A DNA stretch of 64,000 bases from Pocillopora damicornis (lineage: Eukaryota): the NCBI RefSeq assembly GCF_003704095.1, contig NW_020845073.1, forward strand, positions 806,001 through 870,000, in the 5' to 3' direction. A model generated the notes under the pieces. It saw only the letters and a list, made by a program, of their open reading frames with translations. It had not been told where the DNA came from and did no database searches. Numbering within the stretch: the first letter of the stretch is position 1; each line of letters starts with the position of its first letter. The position numbers and the translations under genes were made by a program. Below, piece after piece: positions 53,416-64,000 of this stretch.

Positions 53416-56400
53416 TCATACATCTGACTCAATAGATCTTAAGATACCTCCATATCTGTTCCCGCGGGGAATTTTAGAAGATACCCATGGATTAGCATAA
53501 CCGTTACCATCAACACTTGATATTGATGTGTTTGGAGTTCTGCTCGGTTCAGTTCTTTCCTGTAGTGGTCCTAAATTGTTCAGACCACCAGATAAGGGCA
53601 GCGAACACCTTTGAGCATTCACTGTTTCACTGGTGTGAGATCGCACTGAATTATTGTCACTTAAGGAAGGGTTTGATCCATTTCGTAGAGTGAACCTTCT
53701 TTGTTCCAACGTCTCTCTAACTTGATCCAAAACAGAATCAACGTCCATACTAAGAGCAGTGTAATCTCCCCTCGTAGGTTGCCCCGTAACACCCGGGTAT
53801 GGTGGCAGCTCATCATCGTCGTCATCATCATCGTGTTCATCGGAAGACAAATGATCTGCTTGACGGGACTGCTGCGGAGTCAATTCAGCTCGGGCCAGGG
53901 GGGAAATACCACGCTGCATAGAAAAACTCAGGGTACTTTGTAGTGAACTCGAAGGTCTCTGCCGTGGGTTAAAAAGTGGCATTCCCACAGGTGTTCCAAC
54001 TTTCGGAATTACCATTGGTGATCTATGTCTGTCGAAAGAGCGGCGTGGTGTTGTAGGGGTTGAGACAGGGGACCCCCTCCTTGGGGTCGCTGCCGGAGTA
54101 TTGGCTAATGATCCTTGACATGGTGTTGGTGGGTACAGCTCTGGGTAGCGCATCACTAGAGAGAATAAACTTGAATTAGGACCTCTTCATTTTATTAGGC
54201 TTAGGGGGCCTCCTAGCTCTGTTTCCATCAGCCGAAATCTTGGAAACAGAACATTGTAGCACGAATGACTGGCTTCATCTGAAGAATTGCTTTATTCCAG
54301 CTCATCTCTAAGAGAGAAGGAATGAGACAGAAACTTCCAAGTCCCATGGGTGGAGCAGGGGAGAGGAAGACTCTAATACAGTAATTAACCACTTCCCTTC
54401 ATCTGAAGCAATCCTCTGATTACAGAAACTCAACTCTGGGTCAATGACTGTACATATGAAGATTGGATAAAACTGGAATTTGACGATTTAACTGCCAACT
54501 ATTTTATTGTTAAGAGATGCAAATGCTATACTTGCTCATGTATTTTGTAGACTCCTTTCATCTACAAGTTTGTAAATTCTCTTTATTTCACAAATGTTTG
54601 CCTCAGAGAGAACAATGATGAAATGCTTACCATCATCATAAGTGGGTGGAGCATTTTGTTGAAAGATGTCATTGTCAGAATAAGAGATCTGTCTGCGGCC
54701 ACTCTGTGTCAAGCTGCCATGGCGACGCTCCCGTAATCTCCTCCTCGTGTGGCTAAATGTAATGATTGACAGGATTGCAAAGATTGCGGCACATGCCACA
54801 CCTATCACAATTCCAGTGTAGTGACGACTGAAGTCAATCATTTCCTCATCTTCCTCTTTTAAAACTAAAAAGCAATCAAAAGCTAGGTTGAAGAGAACCA
54901 TATCACATTGCATCAGTAAAAGAGCAGAAAATGGTCAAATGAACAGTCCATCTTCAGGTATTGAAGTTATTGGTACATCCTTTTGAACAGGATAAGCTGT
55001 AACCCTTTATGTACAAATAGTTTTATCATATCAAAGTCACTTCTAACCTCCCTGTTATCTTAGGGCCTGTTTACATTTCACATCACTGTGAATTATTTTG
55101 TTGGGGAAAAGGTTTTATTAAGAGAAATCTTACATAACATCATTCCCCATGCCAATAGCCAGACACATAAAACCTTACATAATTTGTATAAAACAGACAA
55201 ATGGCACAAAGTCATTGAAGAAATCCACATATGACACCAAATTCAGTGGTTGTGTTGATGCCTGTGAATACATTTTGTTTGAGTGTTTTGTGATTATTTT
55301 TTTTTTTCCAAATTGATTATTTTTTCAGAATTTGGTTACCTTCATCAACTGGAGTTGCTGTGTATGTTGCCATAAAGCCTGGAGCTGAGCCATCTTTGTT
55401 GGATTTAAACTCCACCCTCATACCATTTTTAGAGGAAACAATTTTCCTTTCCCAGCCCTCTGCCCCTCCACAAAGAGCTTTGAGTTTTTCTGACCAGCTG
55501 GTGACACCATCAAGAACAATAACAAAATCTGGGCAATTTGGCCACTTCATGGAAGATACTTCCAAAGAAAATTTCCTAATGGTCAAATACAATCAATAAG
55601 ATCAATTAATTGGCTAGTAGTTGTAATAAGAGCAGTAGCTTTGAAATCAGGTGCTACCAGGTTAAAATCCTCATTTCAGCTTCTCAATTAACTTTGTCTC
55701 CCAGTCCTCCCACATTCAAGTCCTCCACTGCACTCTGCACACACACGCACCACACAGAAATTGAAACTATTGCAGCAAGAAAACTTTGCAAAATCAGGCA
55801 GTGCTCCTGGACTGATGTCACTTTTCTACTCATCACCTCCCTATTAGATCATGTAGGAAGAAATGACTGAATATTGGCTATCATTGGAAGTAAGGTTTGT
55901 AGGCAGTTTATTATATGGCACCAGGACCAAAAATACACATGGCTTAAGAACAGTCCATATGGCAAAATACAGACCAAGTAAGAATTAATCAGAATGCTCA
56001 GATTTATCTCAGGTCTACCTACCCATAAAATAAATAACTGTATTTCACTTACCTTAACTGCAAGCTTATCACAAATCCACTGGGAACTTCTATTTCCCAC
56101 ACACAATTTGCATTGTACGGATAACCTTTAGGATAACCAGGAGAGTAGAATGTCTCAGATAGTGAAGTCATGGTAACACCACATCCAGCTGTCAATCAAA
56201 GTACAAAATTCCAAAAAAAGTCAATCAAAGACTTCTTCCAATGATACTAAAAAAAGATCTACATTTACAATATTTGTAAAATGAATGCTTAGGGTTAGTT
56301 TTAGTATAACCTGACAGACTCTCACACATGAATGGTATCATTAATTGCAGCCCAAATAACCTTTCAAGTTAGTTAACCAAATCAAATGCAGAAACAAACA

Positions 56401-59400
56401 AACTGCTTTAAGGTTTTAGATAGGCATCTGACTGAATTGCAGCCTGGGGTGGGGTTTTCACAATAATAACACAGGGATTAATGAAAGAAATGCTTATAAT
56501 TACTTTCTACTTACTTCTGGTAATTTTAGTGCCAGAAGTTTTAGATTAATTTAGAACTTTAAGTAATGATCTAGATTAATTCACACGATTTATTTGATAA
56601 ATAAATAACAATGAAGTGAAATAATAATAAAAAATATATATAACCTACCTGGTGCTGCAATTGTATTGCAGTTTACTGGAGTTGCTGAGAAAATAAAATA
56701 ATGATTGTTATATCACTTTAAAGATATCTGAATAATTTTCCTTGCCCTAACACACAGAGATAGTTACAGTACAAACATATATGGTGGTTTAAGTCTGTTT
56801 AAACCACAGCTCTATTACATCAGATGGTCTTCAGCACAAAATCACCTTAGCTATTAGTTTGACTCTATATATTGACGCTATTCTGAAATTCAACCAGCCA
56901 TGCTTCAATTAGTACATTTCATACAATTTAGGGTTTAAAATTTTGGTGTCAAATCAAACAGTATTACCAAATTTCTTTCTTCTCATCATCTTTCTATTTG
57001 ACAATGTATTAATATGTTGACTTAAATAAAATTTAGTTTTGGTCTGTCTTTTTGTGTTCTGGGAAATGTTTAAGCATCATTTAAAAGATAAAATGATAGC
57101 TCATTTACAAAAAGGAATAAAAAACAGTAGATCAACTTCAAATGCATTGTAAAAGTATGGTAATTTTACCTATCGGGCAGTCTACAGCCAGAGTGAATAA
57201 AAAGATGCCAGAGTAAAGTGTGTGCACTTATCTTGCATGAAATTATTAAGAAATAGACTCCATGTTGCCGCATGTCTGTTCTTCAATAGATCACAGATGA
57301 TGTAATGGATAACATGGTAAGAAACAAAAAATTGGCACACAAAGTGTGACATTATCATTGATGTTCTAACCACATTTCGAGGTCTTCTGTGATCTGTTAC
57401 TGAACAAACACATAGCAACATAATTTCTACTTGTTTTAGATGAAAAAAAAGCAAAATGTTGCTAATGGTGATATCATTAAAGCATGTGTCCTCAATTAGA
57501 CTGCATGACTATAACTCAGCTTATCATACAGTGTGCCATACACAATGCAATAATGAGAAGTACTTTATAAGAACCTACCAAGACTGTGCTCATCACATCT
57601 GTTCCTCACAGCAGCAACTTCATTTTTCGTTAATGCTCTATTATAGATCTGTAAACATGATATTCGTCCTTGGAAACTGTCTCCTTTACCTTGTCCACCC
57701 CCAATACGAATATCATGGTCTGTGCTTAATTCAAACTTGCCCAAATATTTTATCTGAACATCTTTACTATCTATCCACAAGGTTGCCATTCCAGTGTTAT
57801 AGCTAAAAGAAACTCCAATGTATTGCCACTTATTTTGAAGACTAACTGAATAATTACCATTGTTAACTGATGAAAAAGATTTTCTAGTTCGATCTGCAAA
57901 CTTTGCAGACAATGAAGTAGTACTTGAGGTGTAAAGTCCAACATCGCCATCCTTATTCAAATACTGTATGACAGAACCAGCATGATCCATTTGATATACC
58001 CAAACTAAAATTGTTATTGATGTTTTCACATCCAGATGACGACTTTGTGGGATAGTGACATGGCTTGTTCCAATTCCTGCAAACTCATATGCAGTTTCTG
58101 CCTGTCCAAATGGGCCTGTTGCGAGGTGAACATTGTGACCTGTTCCCCTCAAGTTACCGTAGCAGCTTGCATCAGCAGTTTCATAGTTTTTATTAAATGG
58201 ATATAACCCAACAGGATATGGAAGAGAATCTGAATTGAATATTTAAAAAGAATGATAAATAATAGAATCGTAAATAGCATTCTTGATACAGAAGTGCAAC
58301 TCATCTTGCCAATACCATAGGTTGCCAGTTACAATGTTGGATCTGAAGTGTATGGTAACAGTGACCTTCCAAATGAGGGGGCACTCTCAAAGTGAGAATT
58401 TTAGCAAGAAGCAGAAGAAGGATAAGAAAAAAATACAATAAAGAAAATAGAGCTCTGCCTATCACAATTTTTCAGCATAATTCTGTGTAGCAACTAAAGA
58501 ATTCTTGGATCTTTTCTACTCAATAAACATTATGTGACTGAAAAATAGGCCTGATGTGTAAACAAATTTATGCAAATTACTTTTCAGTGAACATGCTTTT
58601 GCCAATTGGCAGAGAAAGAAACATTTTGGCAACTAAATTTGCTCTAGTCACCAGTTTAACGATTTGTTTTCAGGGCTCATGTGGAAAGCATCAACTACAT
58701 TAGTATTTGGTGTTTCAAGTCTAAAATCAGCAAGAAGTAAGATAAAAAATTGCATGTCCAACATAAAGCCATAAGTATTTACATAAACCATTTTTCAATC
58801 TAAAATAATTTAATAGCCTTTGCAAATAATTTCTTAATTGTTAAGAAATTATTTGCAAAGGCAATTAAATGGTTTTATATGGAAAAATGGCCAGTTGAGT
58901 GGAAGAGAGTGGAGCTTGGAGCACTGCACTTCATTCTGCTTTAAATCAAAACTAGGATAAATTCTTCAACCTAATGATTGTTAACTAATCTTAACCACAA
59001 TGGACAAATACATCATTTGTAGTATGCTACATTTGTAACCAACAAAATGGAGTCATTTCTCCTAGCTATTGTAAAGACTATTATCAGCATGTTAATTTTC
59101 TCAATGCATTTCCATTCAAAAGTTAAATGTCATTTTTTACCTGTGAAGATTTGCACTGTTCGCTAATTTCATTTTAAATTTTGATATACTTGGTAATTGT
59201 GTTGTCAAAATTTGTATGTAAACATGTAGTGATTATTTCAACATCAATTACAATTACAAACAACCATTATCTTTCCATCAGCCAATATTCTTGTAGTTAA
59301 TAAGGTTTTAAATTACTCCAGGAGATAATTGATCATTAAACGAAAAACACAATCTTCACGAAAAAAGGAAGTTGATAAATGATAAATTTTAAAAGGTCAC

Positions 59401-60399
59401 CGGAACAAAAATCAACCCGTGTTGAAATCCCGAGACTCCGTCCTCCGTCCTCTCTAAGAGTCAAGTTACATTTTTTAGCAACCTGCTTGTTTGGCTTTTG
59501 ACCTCGTGAACAGTGGTAAGCCGACAATATCAACAAAACATTTGTCAAATTGAGCAAGATTCAGAAAATTGCCCAACAAATAGAATTATTTACTGTTATC
59601 AATAATCACGTATCTTCATCTCCTCATTGCCATAACGCCCTTACTATTCTGTAGGAACATCATCAGCAAGAAAAACACTAATGAATTAACAAACGAGCGA
59701 TTGTTCTCTTTTTTTTTAAGGGTTCAATTCTGTCTGACTATTCAAAAAATATTCGTAAAGGGCAATATCTGAAACAAAACATTTGCAATGCAAAAACTGT
59801 CGGAAATCAACATCATAAATAAGATAGTTCATTCACAGACTTACAATGTACTAGTTTGCTAGTGAGGTTCACAGCACAATTTTGATTTCAACGAGAAATA
59901 AGTTGTATTTCATAAGGCGTTAAGCGTACGTTTCGAAAATTGAAGGTGATCGGTGCATATCAAATACGATGGTGCGTATTTAACCTTGTCTCGTGATTCG
60001 GACCTTTTCAAATGCGCAGTATGCAGCCGAGTAAAAAATATGAAAATGTTCGCATTATGAACCAAAACAAGGAATCGGTATTTTGTCAGCATTAGAACAC
60101 AACTTAAAATCAAGAAGACATATAAGAAATCGCTCATGCGATCTATACAGGATGATTTTTCATGCATCACTTGCTATCGAAACTCAGACGACTCTTTTCA
60201 GAATTTAATGCAATTAAATAAACAAAAATAACCGTAAACATCACAACAGGAGAAATCAACCACTAAGGGCAGACAGTGCATGCAGACGAGAAGCGAGAAA
60301 TCACTTACCCTCGCAAAATCCGACGAATGGAAACACAACAAGCGTAAACAAAGCCACATAATAACAGCAAGGGCATATGTTGACCAAGTCTACTACCAT
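53416..60399 (-). CDS. Type I membrane protein: signal peptide, LamG/concanavalin-A-like (pentraxin-like) domain, CUB domain, TM helix, long Pro/Ser-rich tail ending ESDV; ~707 aa
   Basis: Exons 60399-60309, 58229-57579, 56684-56649, 56188-56053, 55575-55340, 54864-54631 and 54155-53416 join in frame (2124 nt). Motifs SITILVWVY..WQYIGVSFSY..FQGRISCLQIYNRALT (LamG-like); CG..FYSPGYPKGYPYNANCVWEI..CPDFVIVLDG..LCG..MRVEFKSN..GFMATY (CUB); TM GIVIGVACAAIFAILSIITF followed by RRRLRERR. Exon 1 is less certain. Confidence 0.85.
57245..57445. repeat. Interspersed repeat (TAGATCACAGATGA..family); second copy at ~62845-63075
   Basis: Shared AATAGACTC.ATGTTG..TAGATCACAGATGA..GATGTTCTAACCACATTT..GCAACAT(G)..AATCTA segments. 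Confidence 0.65.
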
Positions 60400-63300
60400 T
60401 TTCAACGTAAAAGTCGTCAAATCTTTAAAAGTGCAATCGAAGATCTCCCATACTCTTGGGTTTGAAATGGCTGTTCGTGCCTCCAATATGAGTGGCGACG
60501 TCCAACAGCTTACAATTTCACAGCTATTGTTGGGGCGTAATCAAGTGTAGCGTATCACATTTCTCTGTCAATGTGGTTACGTCGTTTCATGTGGTTGTGA
60601 AACATACTCGTTTAGCTTCCGAGAGTGCTGGACCTTGAACGCGTAGTATCCGATCCAAACTCTTCCAAAACAAAGCAGAATTCGACGAAAATCAAATTCA
60701 TGCACTCTGGTATCGACGAAAAATGTTTAAAATCCTCGATTAAACTCCTTCGTGCGCTTTACTATCGTCGATAGATTCACTACCTCCTTTCCCGCGTTGA
60801 AGGAAACAATGGGCGAAGTTTAGCGTATCAGCGATACTACACGCAGACGTCAATCAAATCGATTGGTGTATACAAATCGCATCACGTAAAATCGTGATAT
60901 CTTTATCACATGTGTATTTCGGTCCAAGAACCGTTTAGACTTTTAACCTAAAGTACACTTACTATTTACGTGATAGAAGTCAGCTGCGTGTGAAATATAA
61001 ACAGACTACCATGGGGGAGTGGGTGGGGAAATCGGCGCAAATTAGGGATGGGAGGCTGAAAACTTTTGTCATCAAACAGCTGTTAGGTCCTGATAAGGCC
61101 AAGAGATTGACATCGAAGACGAAGAAGAATGAAAAGAAGAAAGATGAAAATCAAATAGCAATGTTACGAGCTTAAAAAGCTGTCCATGCTTCTAGAGAAC
61201 TATTTTTTCCTAGAAATTAGAACTTCCTGAGTCGTGCAAGATACGGAACCAACATAGGCGTGATGGAGCTTGTGGTTTTAGGACAGGAAAAGATCACGTT
61301 TTTTATTGTTTTGCTTTTCGCGATTATTTCATCTTAACATTCAAAAGTTATATTTATCCTTTTTCTGCCAATACTCTCATTTTCTGAACCTGTGCTGTAA
61401 TTGAATTATAGTAATACCAGAAGTAATTCATTCATTCCTTATGTGACCCAGAGGTTGAAAATCAAGAAGTTTTGTCAACGCGCAACTCAGTCCTTAAAAT
61501 GAAACCTGGTAAGACACACCTACATGAAACTCCACTCTACCCAAGAGACCAATTACAAACCGATCAATTCTTTCTTTTCTCGCAAGAGTTACATGCAAAA
61601 TTTCGGTACGCTGTGAAGAGACTTCCTTCTTTTTCTAAATCACTGAAGAATGCGGATTTTATTGCTGAACGTCGTTCACTGGAAAAAGAGGCCACTGATA
61701 TTACATCGGTATTACATCGCAGGCTAATTTTTTACTTATTCAGTATTATTAAGCAAAATTTCGTTTTATAACAGCTGATATCAGGCTATAGCAACCAGCA
61801 AATCGTGAAAATTGGGTAGAAACTATGGTATTTAGCGCGTAATAAGGACTCTTAGTGGGTTCATGTACGAGACAGAATTGTAGGCATTTGAATTTCTTGT
61901 ATGAGCAATTTTATACAATCGATAAAAACCAGGGTCGAACTCACCACAAGATAAGACTGACCACTTCCGTACTAACGGTCTCAATGAGTACAACCCACTA
62001 AGCGTATAAATGAAGCACAAACGGGCAAAGCAGTTACACACGTATATTCTTGTTTCTCAATGTTAATCTCAAAGAGACAGATAATTAAAAGACGAAAACA
62101 TTGCTTAATCTGTTGCCAGATTTGAGAGAAACTCAAAAGTTTTGTTCTTCCGTTTTTAAACATGAATTAAGACTAGAACTCATCCCCCAATTAGTTACCA
62201 CGAACGATTAATCAGGAAAATCCCTTAACATATCACGCTGAAGTATCGATTCTTCAGGTTTCTAAGGTGATTAAATCTAATACGCTTTCAAACCGATTCG
62301 ATCCGATTAAAAAACATCTTTTTTTTCCAAACACGCCAAATGAAGAGATCACATCTCTGAGCCCTTCATTTTCTGTAGTGTATCTAAAAAAAGTAAAAAT
62401 TCAAATCGAAAGTGAAAAAGCGATAGAATAACAACAAAAATCACTTAGTTAGCCGCATGTGCTTGATCGATCTCTATAAGAACCGAAGGGCCACACAATT
62501 TTTCGAGACTGTAAAAGGAAGATCTACGCGTCTATGATCAGGCTAAGTCAACTTTTACTTGTTCTTCAGAATCCGACTTTTTGCAAGGGGTTCTTCCAAA
62601 CCTTAAAAAACATTGCCCAACAGAGTGCCCTTTTTTTATCCATCGAAGTCAATGTTGACGCGCTTTTAGTGAGTCCTGTTGATCAATCCGTCACGTACCA
62701 TGTTCTATTTATCGAGATTAAACTTCCGGTACTCCTTTCAAGGCAGTGACGCATGAGCACGTCTCAACTTGTTTTTATTGTATACTGCATTTTATCACAA
62801 ATACCGCAATCTTATTGGGTACGCTATTCGTTATCTATCGTTAAAACATAGACTCTATGTTGTCATGGGTCTGTAGAATGATAGATCACAGATGACGTCA
62901 AACCGTGGTAACGACAAAAAATGATACACACAACATAAGTGGCATACAAGGTATAGCAGAGTGTGTCACTGATGATCCTACCACACTTTTGACGCCTTCT
63001 ATGATGTTTTTGAGCAAATTCGCGGCAACATGGAATCTATTTATCATCTATCTAATAAAGAAGCAAATTGTTGCTTATAATGACGTCATCTAGGCGCGTC
63101 TGTCTTTTCCTCCCGTTTCCAGTGAAACCCTAGTAAGAACCAGTCAAAACGCCGGTATGATTCAGCTGATTTCATAATCCGTGATACTATGGTGAGTGGC
63201 CCAACAGTGTGTGGTAATGAACAATTACAATAAAACGTGAGTCTGTTTTGTAGTTAAGGTCTAAGTTGGCCGTTAAATTGACTAGTACAGCTCAGTAGAA

Positions 63301-64000
63301 AATATTTCCGAAAAAAAAGGATGCTAAATGCTTTGGTTTCATTCTTGCATGTCTTGTTGTCAATTTCTTTTACTTCTCTATCTGCCCCGTCTTCGCCGCG
63401 TTGTCTTGATGAAATAATCCTGTGTCCCCGGTTTCCGAAACTTCTTCGGGTCACACTAACGCCATCCTACGCCTACGATTCTGGAGATTTCTTCTCCCAG
63501 TGGAGAATTCTATTTTTGGGATGTGCTAAACGATCCTTAGAAGTTTACAATGTTTGTTTTAGGTCCTGAACCAAGCAGACCCTGCTAGAACGTGTTGCCA
63601 TTCGAGACACAAAATTTTGCGTTCGGTATTGGCCCTTATGGATCCTTGTGGTAATCGAGGTGTCGTGGCTCATGATTTTAGACAGTTCCAGGCATTCAGA
63701 TAATAAATGGCTCTCAGTTGTAGCACAGAATGAAAAAGGAGGAGGGGAATTGTTAATCATCCTGCATTTTCAATTGAAGAAATTCGTTAGTTGTGAGTAG
63801 CCTAATGAAGTCCGGCGGCTCCGACCCTCTAAAATGATGATTAAAGCAGAAAATCCTAGACCTCCCCTCCCTCTGGAAATAACACCAAGATTAAAGTGTC
63901 TCGCATTTGCTTGCGGGAAACGCCAGTTGGCGCTCTGCCGATTCTGAAAGGAGTGATATTGGCGTGATTATTACCTTCAGTCCATCTTGAGGGTTTTTGA

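Noticed and set aside
63254-63760. Two in-frame minus-strand ORFs near the right edge
   Set aside because: Separated by several stops and no recognisable homology; cannot support a gene call.

Overview
Eukaryotic, intron-rich, AT-rich genomic DNA with four assembly gaps. The repeat families and gene content suggest a cnidarian, probably a stony coral (inference). Left to right: (1) the 5' part of EPG5 on the minus strand, running off the left edge; (2) MESD head-to-head with EPG5 across ~430 bp; (3) a ~21 kb duplicated block (27.2-48.35 kb) that reads as two adjacent palindromes, each centred on an exactly 100-N gap, and is most simply one tandem duplication with a mis-oriented middle contig; (4) within it, two intact 3-exon GPI-anchored Ly6/uPAR (three-finger) paralogs whose mature domains differ at 31 amino-acid-changing codons but only 1 purely synonymous codon, plus a MITE-disrupted pseudogene fragment of the neighbouring gene; (5) an intron-containing DUF885 family gene, probably secreted; (6) a type I membrane protein with LamG/ConA-like + CUB domains, PY motifs and a C-terminal ESDV PDZ ligand. 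Also present are piggyBac-like and foldback MITEs, tRNA-derived repeats, Penelope-type minimal hammerhead motifs and short tandem repeats. All exon models, alignments and counts were done by eye.
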